Assembly: GCA_023379055.1 (NCBI GenBank)
Contig: JAMCSX010000017.1
Coordinates: forward strand, 101,868 to 145,058
Direction: 5' to 3'
DNA: 43,191 nt
DNA from: Candidatus Marsarchaeota archaeon
Lineage (GTDB): Archaea; Micrarchaeota; Micrarchaeia; Micrarchaeales; CABMGC01
Shown here: positions 8,724 to 18,952 of the stretch, piece by piece
Layout of the letters: each line of letters begins with the position of its first letter
Position numbering within the stretch: the stretch's first letter is position 1
Made by a program: the position numbers and the translations under genes
The notes under the pieces: generated by a model
Seen by the model: the letters and a program-made list of their open reading frames with translations, nothing else
Database searches by the model: none
Told to the model about the DNA's origin: nothing

Positions 8724-9401
8724 ATGAGAATAATTGCGCATAGGGGTGCGAGCAAGCTGACTCCGGAAAATACGCTCATGAGCTTTGGAATTGCAATTAG
8801 GGAAGGCGTATACGGAATTGAGACAGACGTGCAGGTTACCAGAGATGGAGAGGGAGTCTTGTTTCATGACAGGAAGCTTTCCAGAACAACAAATGGGCAT
8901 GGCAGGATAGATGAGGTGCCGATAGAATATGTACGCAGCCTGGATGCGGGGCTTGGACAGCAGGTGCCACTTCTGCACGAGGGCCTGTCGTTTATGAAGG
9001 AAGAGTCTGCAGGTAAGATACACGTGTACCTTGAGCTAAAGGAGACAGTATACAGACATCTGAATGCAGTACTTGGGGAGGTTGTAAAACTGAATATGCT
9101 TGGTAATGTGACCTTTATATCATTCCACCACGACATGCTTAATTCGTTAATAGATGCAGATCCAAGCGCACATGTAGGATACCTCCATTATTTGCACATA
9201 TCCATGCATTCGGGCAGATTGGCGGTTGTCAATCATAGGCTGCTCACAGAAAGAAAGATGCAACTGGCAAGAAGTAAGGGAATGGGCATTCTCGCATATA
9301 CGGTAGACAGACAGGATAGAATAAGAAGGCTATCGGAGATAGGCGTAGATGGAGTAATAACCAATGATGTCCTAGCTGCGAAGGCAGCGCTGCGGCACTA
9401 G
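8724..9401 (+). CDS. Glycerophosphodiester phosphodiesterase (GDPD family)
   Basis: MRIIAHRGAS...ENTL...GIETDVQVTRDGEGVLFHD is the canonical GDPD N-terminal signature. The ORF opens at 8673. ATGs at 8715 and 8724 fit the family start better. Confidence 0.8.
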   Translation: MRIIAHRGASKLTPENTLMSFGIAIREGVYGIETDVQVTRDGEGVLFHDRKLSRTTNGHGRIDEVPIEYVRSLDAGLGQQVPLLHEGLSFMKEESAGKIHVYLELKETVYRHLNAVLGEVVKLNMLGNVTFISFHHDMLNSLIDADPSAHVGYLHYLHISMHSGRLAVVNHRLLTERKMQLARSKGMGILAYTVDRQDRIRRLSEIGVDGVITNDVLAAKAALRH

Positions 9402-9502
9402 TAGTGCATTAGTCTGAAAATCATATTTTTATAAAGAACCAGACTTCTGAAACGATGAAGTAACGTCTTGCTCTTTGTTGATAAAGCTTCTCTGGCGTAG
9501 CG

Positions 9503-10075
9503 TCAGAATCTCTGTGGCGGTCTTGTGAGTATGTAGAATCTGCTGTCTCCCTTCAGCTCAAGGACAACCCTATCCGCAAGCAGCTTTACAGGATCCTGGA
9601 GCAGCGACACCCTACTGGATATATCCTCAAAGCTTTCGAACTGTTTCTCGTCCCTTGCATCAAGTATCGCGCTGAGGTGTTTCTTGCCTATGCCAGGCAG
9701 CAGCTCAAGCGAGTGTATCCTTATGTTCAGCGGTCCTGCACTGTTGAATATCCCTACGAATTTTTTCTCATTGGACTTTATTACTCCAGATATTGCAACA
9801 GGCAGCTCGTTCTTTGCCACTTCGGTAAGCTCTGCATATGAAAGCCGCCCCTTTATCACAGATATCTTGTCTCTTTCCCCCTTCCCTATGTATACGCGTT
9901 CGCCTATCTTTATGTCAGGTTTCTTCGGTACTGCCTCAAGCATGGTAAATTTTTCCTCGCCTAAAAGCTGGACTACCGGCTCTGACCTTGCTGATGACGA
10001 CCTACCCGTAGGAAGATAATCAAGCACTATCGCATATTCTTCAAGATTCTCCCTTCTCTGCTCTAGCTCTGACAC
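9503..10075 (-). CDS. DUF655-family protein (OB + helix-hairpin-helix), conserved partner of rpoF
   Basis: YAIVLDYLPTGR... and LELLPGIGKKHL (HhH). It lies immediately downstream of rpoF, as in most archaea. Confidence 0.7.
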   Translation of the reverse strand: MSELEQRRENLEEYAIVLDYLPTGRSSSARSEPVVQLLGEEKFTMLEAVPKKPDIKIGERVYIGKGERDKISVIKGRLSYAELTEVAKNELPVAISGVIKSNEKKFVGIFNSAGPLNIRIHSLELLPGIGKKHLSAILDARDEKQFESFEDISSRVSLLQDPVKLLADRVVLELKGDSRFYILTRPPQRF

Positions 10076-10093
10076 ATATATTACCTGTTAAAA

Positions 10094-10444
10094 TTATATA
10101 GAATAGCTCTTTACTACTCCGAGTATCTTGTTTATGGTCTCGTCATCAGTGGGCTGCCTGTTTCTGTCCATCGCAAGAATTAGTTTTAGCAGATTAGGCT
10201 CCCCGGGCATTATCTCTATTACCTTCAGTGCAAGAGTCTCCGTCAGTCCAAGATCTTCAAGGTCTTTCTCCATCTTCCTGGATTCCGATTCCTTAAGCTT
10301 AGAGAACTTTCCAGCATATTCAAGCGTGAGTGTCTGCTCGTAGCCTAGCTCGCCGCCTTTTTTCCTGTCCTCAAGGATCTCCATTACTTCAGCAACAGAC
10401 GCAAGTCTACTGTCAATTCTCTTCTTTCCAGCCATAACACTCAC
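10094..10444 (-). CDS. rpoF: DNA-directed RNA polymerase subunit Rpo4 (RpoF, Rpb4 homologue)
   Basis: 116 aa. VAEVMEILEDRKKGGELGYEQTLTLEYAGKFSKL...ALKVIEIMPGEPNLL matches the archaeal RpoF pattern. Confidence 0.75.
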   Translation of the reverse strand: MSVMAGKKRIDSRLASVAEVMEILEDRKKGGELGYEQTLTLEYAGKFSKLKESESRKMEKDLEDLGLTETLALKVIEIMPGEPNLLKLILAMDRNRQPTDDETINKILGVVKSYSI

Positions 10445-10650
10445 CTAATGCATTCCCTGCTACATATAATGGCAGGCAACTTAATTAAAAGCTTTCCTTC
10501 AGTATGCATCTAGAGCGGACGCCAGAAAATTCTTGCAGGGCTAGCCGCCCCCACAAGAATCCAACGTTGCTGAACCTAAAAGCTTTCTGTCAACAAAAGG
10601 ATAACATAGGTATTTTTTAACCTGAACTCCTAAAAAGTATCAGTGTTCTG

Positions 10651-11562
10651 GTGGAGGTAAAGGAGGCATATCAGGAGATAGAGAATGAGCTTAAGAAGCA
10701 TATAGCAGGAAAGTCCGATGTAATAAAGCTCCTTTTCATAAGCCTTGTTGCAAATGGACATGTGCTGCTAGAGGGAGTTCCTGGAGTCGCAAAGACTACA
10801 ATGTCAAAGGCGCTTGCAGACGTTATAGATGCAGACTTCAAGAGGATACAGTGCCTTCCTGACCTGTCCACAAGCGACGTGCTTGGCGAGGTATTGATAA
10901 ACGAGAAGAACGAGCTGGAATTGAAAAAGGGGCCAATATTCACAAACATACTGCTTATGGATGAGCTTAACAGGGCGCCGCCAAAAACAATGGGCGCATT
11001 CCTCGAAGCGCTTGAGGAAAGGCAAGTCACAATAAGCGGACAAGATCTCAAGCTTCCAGTGCCGTTCATGGCAATAGCAACGCAGAATCCCCTGCGAATA
11101 GAAGGCACAGAACCACTTCCAAAGGTGCTTGCAGACAGGTTCATAATTAAGGTTGAGGTAACCTATCCCACTATGCAGGAAGAGGAGGAGATGCTTAGCC
11201 TAAAGGAGAGCGAGGAGAAGGTTGAGACAAAGAAGATACTGACCATACCAGAGATATTAGACATGCAGGGGCGGATAAAATCGGTGTCGCTTCCAGAGGA
11301 TATAAAGCAGTATATAACACAGATAGTGAATGCGTCGAGGACAGAGATGCATGTCGTGATGGGCGCAAGCCCAAGGGCAGACCTTGCATTTATGTCGTGC
11401 GGAAAGGCAAAGGCACTTATAGAGGGAAGAAATACGGTGACAAAAGACGACATACATTTTCTTGCACGTCCTGTCTTAAGCCACAGGATAGCGGTAAGGT
11501 CCACGGGAGGCATAGGCGTAAACGGGATAATCGACGGCATACTCGCTTCACTCCCGCAATAG
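10651..11562 (+). CDS. MoxR-class AAA+ ATPase
   Basis: Walker A GVPGVAKTT, Walker B LLMDELNRAPPK and ATQNP sensor-1. It has a GTG start. No DUF58 or VWA partner follows it. Confidence 0.9.
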   Translation: MEVKEAYQEIENELKKHIAGKSDVIKLLFISLVANGHVLLEGVPGVAKTTMSKALADVIDADFKRIQCLPDLSTSDVLGEVLINEKNELELKKGPIFTNILLMDELNRAPPKTMGAFLEALEERQVTISGQDLKLPVPFMAIATQNPLRIEGTEPLPKVLADRFIIKVEVTYPTMQEEEEMLSLKESEEKVETKKILTIPEILDMQGRIKSVSLPEDIKQYITQIVNASRTEMHVVMGASPRADLAFMSCGKAKALIEGRNTVTKDDIHFLARPVLSHRIAVRSTGGIGVNGIIDGILASLPQ

Positions 11563-11566
11563 AAGA

Positions 11567-12163
11567 TCAATCAGCGCCAATCATGTTCATAAGCAGCTCA
11601 TGGCTCTTCAGCGCATCTGCCCTGCTCACAACAAGCAATGTTTCTGTGTAGCAGGATATGAACTCCAGTATGTTTATGTTCTGTTCCGCAAGCAGCGAGG
11701 CTATGAATGCCACAAATCCGGGAAGCGCCTCAAGCCTCTCCTCAGAGTGTATTATTATTGCAGAGGCATTCTCCTGGATCTTAATCAGGCCTCTTGACTT
11801 CTTGAGTGACTTAAGAACTGCAGCATCCTGCACAAGGTACACATAATAGTCACTCAGCTTTATCTTTCCTATATTTCCGGCATTAACGTCTGCATAGGAT
11901 ATCACTACAGACATGCCGCTCTGTATGGTTATTTTGCTATATTTAAGTATGGACATTGCGTGCCTCTCTATGCTCACATCCATTTTCTTCAGCTCCTCGG
12001 CATATCTCCTCAGCGCCGCCTTTATCGCGTGGTAGTTCTTTATCCTAAGATCACGCTGTATTATCCTGGCAAGCGCGCTGAAATTCACTATGCCCCTGTC
12101 AAGGGCCTCTATGGTGTAAGGCTTATTCTTGAGATAAACGCGGACAATCTCCGATATTGACAT
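11567..12163 (-). CDS. ACT-domain regulatory protein (COG2150-like predicted regulator of amino-acid metabolism)
   Basis: The C-terminal ACT-like segment is LPGFVAFIASLLAEQNINILEFISCYTETLLVVSRADALKSHELL. The preferred start is MSISEIVRVYL at 12163 (ORF opens at 12244). Confidence 0.5.
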   Translation of the reverse strand: MSISEIVRVYLKNKPYTIEALDRGIVNFSALARIIQRDLRIKNYHAIKAALRRYAEELKKMDVSIERHAMSILKYSKITIQSGMSVVISYADVNAGNIGKIKLSDYYVYLVQDAAVLKSLKKSRGLIKIQENASAIIIHSEERLEALPGFVAFIASLLAEQNINILEFISCYTETLLVVSRADALKSHELLMNMIGAD

Positions 12164-12357
12164 TGTATCACATGATGCATTATATGCAAGAATTTTCAAT
12201 GTCAATGTTAATATATTGGGCAGATACCATTCACGCGACATCACGCCGCATGCATTTGGCGTAGCATCCGTATCATATGATGCATTTTATGCTATTTTTG
12301 TATTAGGCGTGCCACAATATTGATATATGATAAAGCACCAAGGACATACCAATTAAC

Positions 12358-12933
12358 ATGAAAAATCCTTACAGAAAGAGAGAGGTTGGTGTGGATATTT
12401 TAAAATCTGAAGCCCGTTCTGCGCGTATAGTTGCTGCTACACGGGATGATGTGCACAAGATAGTGGCAATGATAAACGACGAGGCTGGGCGATCCGGTGC
12501 CGTATTAAAAGTTACTGCAGATGAGGTCGAAGAGTGGATAAATGGCAGGCGTTCGTTCATTGCAAAGACCACATATGGCAAGATAGTAGGCCATTCTGCA
12601 GCAAAAATATGGCCGGAATCAGGATGGGCAGAGCACCGCGCAGTAGTTGTACTTCAAGAATACCGCTGCAACGGCATAAACGCAAGGCTTACCCAAGCAA
12701 TCGTACAGTCGCTTGAGGAGGTACATCCAGGCATAACAATACTCTCGCTTAAGAATGGCGCTGGCATAGGCACTGTCGTGTCATTCGGATTCAAGAAGAT
12801 TCCAGTATCTGAGATACCAGACGAAATCCTGAGAGCCAAAGGAAAGGCGGAATATGAAGCGTATGTTTTCAAGACACTCGCGCGATCCCGGGATTCCGAA
12901 TTTATCGTCCTGCCAGACAGCTGCGATAAGTAG
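12358..12933 (+). CDS. GNAT acetyltransferase, short ArgA-like (copy 1)
   Basis: The acetyl-CoA region is VVVLQEYRCNGINARL (Q/RxxGxG/A-like). It is a paralogue of the next gene. A conserved AT-box lies about 30 nt upstream of the ATG. Confidence 0.7.
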   Translation: MKNPYRKREVGVDILKSEARSARIVAATRDDVHKIVAMINDEAGRSGAVLKVTADEVEEWINGRRSFIAKTTYGKIVGHSAAKIWPESGWAEHRAVVVLQEYRCNGINARLTQAIVQSLEEVHPGITILSLKNGAGIGTVVSFGFKKIPVSEIPDEILRAKGKAEYEAYVFKTLARSRDSEFIVLPDSCDK

Positions 12934-13036
12934 TTTTGATTGCAGTATGTATCAAATAATACATTTTACCACAGTTTTGTATTAAATGTCTCACAATATT
13001 AATATACATAATTTAGCTTAATAAATTGGATCGAAC

Positions 13037-13591
13037 ATGAACAAAATCGCATACTCTGGAGGCATTGCTAATTCCGTGTCACTGAAGGTCTCCATAATGC
13101 CTTCTACAGAAAAGGACATACCTAAGATAGTTGAGATAATAAATGGCGAATCCAAAAAGACGGGTTCGGTACTTCCAGTAACCACCGAGGAGGTGCGGGG
13201 GTGGATAAACAGCGGGCTTTCTTTTGTTGCAAAGACAGACGAAGGAAGAATAATCGGACATCATGCGGCATACATATGGCCGGAATCAGGATGGGCAGAG
13301 CTGCGCGCTGTAGTAGTGCTTCCGGAATACCGTGGCAACGGCATAAATGCACTGTTAATGGAATCAATAATAAATGTAATTCTTGACAAAGATCCCTTTA
13401 CAACTGTAGTATCTGTAAAGAACAGGTCAAGCAACGGAAGGCAGATACTCCGCGATCTTGGCTTTAAGGAGATAGATCCTTCAGACGCGCCGCATGAACT
13501 CTTTGGTATAGGGCCTAAAGAGGAGGTATACAATATCTATGTGTATATACCAGGGGAGATACCTATAACAAAAGAGCTTATTCGCTCGTAG
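13037..13591 (+). CDS. GNAT acetyltransferase, short ArgA-like (copy 2)
   Basis: VVVLPEYRGNGINALL. It shares IWPESGWAE(L/H)RAVVVL with copy 1, including a 28-nt identical DNA block. Confidence 0.7.
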   Translation: MNKIAYSGGIANSVSLKVSIMPSTEKDIPKIVEIINGESKKTGSVLPVTTEEVRGWINSGLSFVAKTDEGRIIGHHAAYIWPESGWAELRAVVVLPEYRGNGINALLMESIINVILDKDPFTTVVSVKNRSSNGRQILRDLGFKEIDPSDAPHELFGIGPKEEVYNIYVYIPGEIPITKELIRS

Positions 13592-13604
13592 ATTGGCAGA
13601 TGGC

Positions 13605-14732
13605 ATGCCCAAAGATATAAGCTCCCTATTCTGCAATCTGGTAAAGATACCGTCCCCGAGCGGCAAGGAACTTGAAGTTGCAAGATTCATATCCAACTAC
13701 CTAAGAAAAAGCGGAATATACCATTATACCGACAGGGTTGGGAAAACGATAGGATCAAATTCTGGCAATCTGATAGCAGAGCTGAAGGGAGAGGGTCCGA
13801 CAATCATGTTCATTGCACACATAGATACTGTAGAAACTGGCAATACTCCAATAAAGCCCGTAATAAGCGATGGCACAATAACCAGTGACGGGAACACGAT
13901 ACTTGGCGTTGACAACAAGGCAGCGGTTGCAGCACTCATGGAGGCGCTTGCAGAAATAAAAAGGAAAAAAACGAGACCAAATATCATTGCAGTATTCTCC
14001 GTAAGGGAGGAAGACGGCGAAATGGGAGTCAAATACCTGAAGCCACGGACCATGCCCGACCAGGTATTTGTAATTGATGGATCATCACCTCTGGGCACAT
14101 TCATATCCTGTGCTTTGGGCGACACGTTATTTGAAATACGGCTGCATGGACGGTCTGTGCACGTCGCATATGCCGAGAAGGGCATAAACGCAATGAAAGC
14201 AGCAGGCATAATAATGGCTAGTCAGAGGCTTGGAAAACTGGATGATGGAAGTTATGTTAACATCTCGAAGGTTGTCAGCGAAGGCAAGAATAACGTAATA
14301 CCTGGAGAGGTGCTGCTGTCAGGGGAAGTGCGCGCATTCAATAAAAGTAAGATAGTCCGCCGGATTAAGGAGCTTAAGTCGAAAGCAAGAGATGCGTGTA
14401 GGATTACCGGCTGCACTTACGATCTTTTAATAAATCGCAAGGAGTCTATCCAGCCATTCAATTCGATTGCAAAAGAGGGGATTGCGAGCATTGCCAGAAT
14501 GGCGTCGAAGCAGGCAGGTCTCAAATTCGGGATGGTTCGCGTCAAAGGCACAATGGAGACAAACGTGATGCAGGGCAGATATAGATATATGATAGGCATA
14601 TCTAGAGGTGGCAAAATGCCTCACTCGAAAAGCGAGAGCATAACCGTGAAGGAGCTTGAAAGTCTGAAAGGGCTTATAGTTGCAATTGCAGATTCCGTGC
14701 AGAAAATGCGCGTATCAAAGAGAGTACCGTAA
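13605..14732 (+). CDS. M20-family metallopeptidase (ArgE/LysK/PepT-like deacylase)
   Basis: The metal-binding motifs are FIAHIDTV and VFSVREEDGEMG. The ORF opens at TTG 13593. The ATG at 13605 is in frame. Confidence 0.75.
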   Translation: MPKDISSLFCNLVKIPSPSGKELEVARFISNYLRKSGIYHYTDRVGKTIGSNSGNLIAELKGEGPTIMFIAHIDTVETGNTPIKPVISDGTITSDGNTILGVDNKAAVAALMEALAEIKRKKTRPNIIAVFSVREEDGEMGVKYLKPRTMPDQVFVIDGSSPLGTFISCALGDTLFEIRLHGRSVHVAYAEKGINAMKAAGIIMASQRLGKLDDGSYVNISKVVSEGKNNVIPGEVLLSGEVRAFNKSKIVRRIKELKSKARDACRITGCTYDLLINRKESIQPFNSIAKEGIASIARMASKQAGLKFGMVRVKGTMETNVMQGRYRYMIGISRGGKMPHSKSESITVKELESLKGLIVAIADSVQKMRVSKRVP

Positions 14733-14736
14733 GCGT

Positions 14737-14988
14737 ATGTATAACCTAAGGAACAAGGAACTATTTACAAAGGAGTTAGAGATAATTGTGAGGCCAAGTC
14801 AGGGGCTATCCACAACAAATGACAGATATGCCATTGAGGGGATAGATATACCGATTCGGGGAAATGGAATATTCACAATCGTGGATAGCAAACTTGTTCC
14901 AGTTAGACCCATAGGATGTCCACTATCCGTACAACAGATTGATGATCAGGTGGACAGTATCGTTAGCAGAAGGTTTGGGCCCTATTAA
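14737..14988 (+). CDS. Hypothetical small protein (83 aa)
   Basis: The ORF runs from ATG 14737 (MYNLRNKELFTKELEII...) and I recognise no motif. The 3' neighbourhood (14989-15270) holds only short overlapping ORFs. Confidence 0.25.
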   Translation: MYNLRNKELFTKELEIIVRPSQGLSTTNDRYAIEGIDIPIRGNGIFTIVDSKLVPVRPIGCPLSVQQIDDQVDSIVSRRFGPY

Positions 14989-15278
14989 ACAAAGGAGAGG
15001 TTTGGAATGCAACGGAGTTCACAGCGAAGGAGCAGATTCCAGCGAGCAGCTTCATGAAGCAAGGCGCGCGGTAAAACAGATCAATGCAGTAAGCACATAT
15101 CCCCATTTACAGAATGATATACGAGAAGGAAGCATTCGGCTTTTACAGGAGGAGAATACGGAGAATAACTGAGCTTATGGCCGAACTGAAGGGCCAAAGC
15201 GCATAAATCAGCTCCAATAAGACAAGCGCAGCAGCCACAACCTAATGTTAAATATCTATCTAGATAATAGCTATCCGC

Positions 15279-15353
15279 GGGCTCGTAGCTCAGCTTGGAT
15301 AGAGCGGAACCGTCCTAAGGTTAAGGTCGCGGGTTCGAATCCCGTCGAGCCCG
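15279..15353 (+). tRNA. tRNA-Arg (anticodon CCT)
   Basis: Hand-folded cloverleaf with acceptor GGGCTCG/CGAGCCC, D arm GCTC...GAGC and anticodon loop GTCCTAA (U33, CCT, A37). The T arm is GCGGG-TTCGAAT-CCCGT and the discriminator is G. No CCA is encoded. A TTAAATAT box lies about 27 nt upstream. Confidence 0.85.
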
Positions 15354-15482
15354 TATGCATCTCCAGTACAATGCCAGGGTAGATTACAGTAATGTCCCAT
15401 ATAATGCAATAATGTGCCAGGCTGCACAAGGCGCATCAGAAATCTTATATATATTCGCAGACAAAAAGACACTATTGATTGC

Positions 15483-16763
15483 ATGGCAAAGGAGAAGGTT
15501 ATACTCGCCTACAGCGGCGGTCTCGACACATCAGTGATACTCAAGTGGCTAGTCAGTAAGGGATATGATGTGGTCTGTTTTGTCGGCAATGTGGGTCAGA
15601 ATGAGGATCTCAATGCAGTGACAAAGAAAGCTATGGCAATAGGAGCGTCCAAGGTTTATGTAGAAGATCTGCGCGAGGAGTTCGTCACGGACTTTATATT
15701 CTCTGCAATGCGATGCAATGCCTTATACGAGGGAAGGTACCTTCTCGGAACGGCGCTTGCGAGGCCGCTTCTTGCAAAGAAGCAGATAGAGATAGCAAGG
15801 AAGGAGAAAGCTGCCTATGTTGCACATGGTGCCACTGGAAAGGGGAACGATCAAGTCAGATTTGAGCTAGGCTACTACGCACTCAAACCGGAGATAAAGG
15901 TAATATCACCATGGAAGGATCCGGAATTTCTTTCAGAGTTCAAAGGCAGAAGCGATCTCATAGCATATTCGGAGAAGTGGGGCATACTCGTAAAGGCAAC
16001 CAAGGCAAAGCCTTACAGCGAAGATGACAATCTCATGCACATCAGCCACGAAGCAGGCATCCTTGAAGACCCTGAACTAAGGCCTCCAGAGCACGTATTC
16101 AGCAGAACAGCATCGCTTGACAAGGCACCAGCAAAGGAGACCATAATAGAAATACACTTCAAGGACGGAAACCCGGTAAAACTAGTAGACAAGTCGTCAA
16201 ATGTCACGCTGACAAAGCCCCTTGACATCTTCATGCATCTCAACAAGCTGGGCACAGAGAATGGGATAGGTAGGGTCGACATGGTAGAAAACAGGTTCAT
16301 AGGAATAAAGTCCAGGGGCATATACGAAACCCCTGGCGCTACAATCCTGTGGGCAGCGCACAGGGATCTCGAGGGTATTGCAATGGACAAGGAGGTCATG
16401 CACATACGCGACATGCTGATGCCGAAGTTCTCCGAGATTGTATACAATGGGTTCTGGTTCTCTCCTGAGATGGACTTCCTGCTCAATGCGTTCAACAAGA
16501 GCCAGGAGGCCATAGACGGGAAGGTTACGCTTTCGCTACTTAAGGGCAACGTTCAGACCATAGGCAGGGAGTCGCCCACAGCCTTGTACAACCAGAAACA
16601 GTCGAGCATGGATGTCGAGGGTGGATTCAATGCATCGGACTCTAAGGGCTTTATAAACGTAAACGCAATAAGACTCAAGGCACACAACATAGCGATGAGG
16701 GGAAGAATTCCCTACGACACTCTGAAAAAGGGCAAGGATAATGACAAAAAAGCTGTGGGATAA
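15483..16763 (+). CDS. argG: Argininosuccinate synthase
   Basis: [17 protein letters not shown] (N-type ATP pyrophosphatase P-loop), [13 protein letters not shown] and [17 protein letters not shown]. The ORF opens at 15414, but the ATG at 15483 matches the family start. Confidence 0.92.
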   Translation: MAKEKVILAYSGGLDTSVILKWLVSKGYDVVCFVGNVGQNEDLNAVTKKAMAIGASKVYVEDLREEFVTDFIFSAMRCNALYEGRYLLGTALARPLLAKKQIEIARKEKAAYVAHGATGKGNDQVRFELGYYALKPEIKVISPWKDPEFLSEFKGRSDLIAYSEKWGILVKATKAKPYSEDDNLMHISHEAGILEDPELRPPEHVFSRTASLDKAPAKETIIEIHFKDGNPVKLVDKSSNVTLTKPLDIFMHLNKLGTENGIGRVDMVENRFIGIKSRGIYETPGATILWAAHRDLEGIAMDKEVMHIRDMLMPKFSEIVYNGFWFSPEMDFLLNAFNKSQEAIDGKVTLSLLKGNVQTIGRESPTALYNQKQSSMDVEGGFNASDSKGFINVNAIRLKAHNIAMRGRIPYDTLKKGKDNDKKAVG

Positions 16764-17934
16764 GGGATACGAAGTAAACAAAGAGGTCGAGGATTTCATA
16801 GTCGGAAACGACTATGCCCTTGACATGCAGCTCGTTAAATACGACTGCATAGCTTCCATAGCGCACGCCAGAATGCTAGGCAGGATAGGCATACTGAATA
16901 AGAAAGAGGTAAAGATGCTTGTCAGCGAGCTCAATTCCATAATAGTGCTCTGGGAGAACGGCGATTTCAAAATATCAAAGGAACAAGAGGATATGCACAC
17001 GGCGATAGAGAATCGACTTACAGAAAAGCTCGGCGGTCCAGGTAAGAAGATACATACTGGGAGGTCGCGCAATGATCAGGTACTTACTGCACTAAGGCTA
17101 TATTACAAGGACAGTCTCAAGGAATGTATATCGCTGTCGGAGCAGCTAATTACAAGTATGAAGGCATTTTCCTCAAAGTATGGCGAGATAGCGCTCCCAG
17201 GCTACACCCACACCCGGAAGGCCATGCCCTCCTCGGTCGGACTCTGGACCGGGGCATTCATAGACTCCATGAAGGATAATATCAAGTTGCTCAACGGCGT
17301 CTTTGAGATCGTTGATCAATCTCCGCTCGGCACGGCTGCAGGGTATGGCTCCCCAATAACGCTTGACCGGGAGTTCACCGCCAGGGAGCTGGGCTTTGCA
17401 AGGGTGCAGGAGAATCCGATATACGTGCAGATGAGCAGGGGGAAGTTTGAGGCAAGCATACTCCATGCCATAAGCCAGATAATGCTAGACTTCAATAAGA
17501 TAGCTTCGGATCTGATAGTGTTCAGCATGCCAGAGTTAGGCTACTACGAACTGCCAGTAAACTTCACTACGGGTAGCTCGATGATGCCTAACAAGAAGAA
17601 TCCTGACATACTAGAGCGCATGCGCGCAAACTATCACGTTATGATGGCTTACGAGAGCGAGGTCAAGGGAATATCAGGAAATCTCATGACCGGCTACAAC
17701 GGCGACATACAGCTGACAAAAGAGCCGATGCTCAACGGCTTTTCCCTCGCAAAGAGAAGCATAAGGATTGGGTCGCTTCTCTTCATGAACCTCAGGGTCA
17801 ATAGGAAAAATTGTAAACGGGGCCTCACTGAAGACGTTTATGCAACCCATAGCGAGTACAATCTTGTGCATCAGGGCATGCCATTCCGCGACGCGTACAC
17901 GCAGGTTGGTAGGAAGTATTCTGGCAAGGAATGA
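16741..17934 (+). CDS. argH: Argininosuccinate lyase (short C-terminus form)
   Basis: [19 protein letters not shown] and the fumarate-lyase signature [12 protein letters not shown]. It overlaps argG by 23 nt. At 397 aa it ends soon after the PFRDAY segment. Confidence 0.9.
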   Translation: MTKKLWDKGYEVNKEVEDFIVGNDYALDMQLVKYDCIASIAHARMLGRIGILNKKEVKMLVSELNSIIVLWENGDFKISKEQEDMHTAIENRLTEKLGGPGKKIHTGRSRNDQVLTALRLYYKDSLKECISLSEQLITSMKAFSSKYGEIALPGYTHTRKAMPSSVGLWTGAFIDSMKDNIKLLNGVFEIVDQSPLGTAAGYGSPITLDREFTARELGFARVQENPIYVQMSRGKFEASILHAISQIMLDFNKIASDLIVFSMPELGYYELPVNFTTGSSMMPNKKNPDILERMRANYHVMMAYESEVKGISGNLMTGYNGDIQLTKEPMLNGFSLAKRSIRIGSLLFMNLRVNRKNCKRGLTEDVYATHSEYNLVHQGMPFRDAYTQVGRKYSGKE

Positions 17935-18055
17935 CAGTTGTCTCAAACAGGACATTAAGTGTTCATTTTGTGCCAAACACACCGTAAGTTTAATATATGA
18001 CAGATTGCCTAATAACAGCTACTACTCGGTGAATCTTGTGCAACAAAGCATCAAT

Positions 18056-18949
18056 ATGGCAGATCATCAGAAGGAGCCATTGATAATTGCCACAATGGCC
18101 ATCATGAGAGAGATACCAAAGTCGTTCTCAAATGGGCTTACGACACAGAACCTAGGAAAGCCAGACTACGACCTCATAAAGGAACAACAGAGATCTGCAA
18201 TCAGTGCGTTTTCGCAGCTTGGGGTAAAAACGCTTCTTCTCCCAGCAGATGAGAAGAATCCGGACAGCCAGTTCCCAAGAGATACAGTTTTCTCCTACAA
18301 TGGAGTTATGTTCAATCTTAATCCAGGATCTCCAAGACGTAACAAGGAGGTTCAGATCAATACATCCGACATAAGATCCGCAGGATTCCAAGTTGAAACG
18401 GTAAAATACGGTGATTCGGCTTTCATAGAGGGAGGGGACATACTTGCATTTGATAGCCAGCATCTTGTGATAGTAGGCATGTCTGGGCGATACCAGGATG
18501 TAAGAACTAACAAGGCTGGAGTGGATGTGCTTGCGAATGTACTGCGCAGCATAGATCCAGATGTCACTGTTATTGCCGTACCACACAAAGGGCAGAACGG
18601 GCAGCCATACGGAGTCCTGCATCTAGAGACAGGCATGACCCCGCTAACATGGCAACAGGCACTGTGCGATCCACAATGCCATGTTGAATGGGAGAGGGCT
18701 TATTATCCACTCCAAAACAGCGAAAGACTAATACTACCCCCATGGCATGTAAACACATTGACAAGAGATGCAGGATATGCTGCACATGTGCTCCCAATAA
18801 ATGGCGGAGTGATGATAGCAAAGGGCTATCCCACAGTGAAACAGCTGGCAGATGCAAGCTACTCGACGGTCATAGAAGTGGACATGAGCGAAGCCAGAAA
18901 GATGGACGGCAGCATGAGATGCTGGACCATACTTCACAATGAGAAATGA
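18056..18949 (+). CDS. Dimethylarginine dimethylaminohydrolase (DDAH)-like amidinotransferase-fold enzyme
   Basis: LGKPDY, PDSQFPRDT, GVLHLETG and the C-terminal EVDMSEARKMDGSMRCWTI (catalytic Cys) parallel bacterial DDAH (LGKPDY...LHLKTG...EVDTSEYRKIDGGVSCMSL). The ORF opens at 17840 inside argH. The start is taken at MADHQKEP. Confidence 0.8.
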   Translation: MADHQKEPLIIATMAIMREIPKSFSNGLTTQNLGKPDYDLIKEQQRSAISAFSQLGVKTLLLPADEKNPDSQFPRDTVFSYNGVMFNLNPGSPRRNKEVQINTSDIRSAGFQVETVKYGDSAFIEGGDILAFDSQHLVIVGMSGRYQDVRTNKAGVDVLANVLRSIDPDVTVIAVPHKGQNGQPYGVLHLETGMTPLTWQQALCDPQCHVEWERAYYPLQNSERLILPPWHVNTLTRDAGYAAHVLPINGGVMIAKGYPTVKQLADASYSTVIEVDMSEARKMDGSMRCWTILHNEK

Positions 18950-18952
18950 TAA

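Noticed and set aside
14939-15172. 77-aa ORF (and a 16-codon ORF behind an AAGGAGAGG box at about 15003) between the M20 peptidase and tRNA-Arg
   Set aside because: It overlaps the end of the 14737 ORF, has no internal canonical start after that ORF's stop and has no recognisable motif. It may be a decayed or frameshifted gene, but this cannot be supported.
17840-18055. Long N-terminal extension of the DDAH-like ORF overlapping the argH 3' end
   Set aside because: The extension is Cys/Arg-rich, overlaps argH by 95 nt and precedes the point where DDAH homology begins. The start was moved to ATG 18056.
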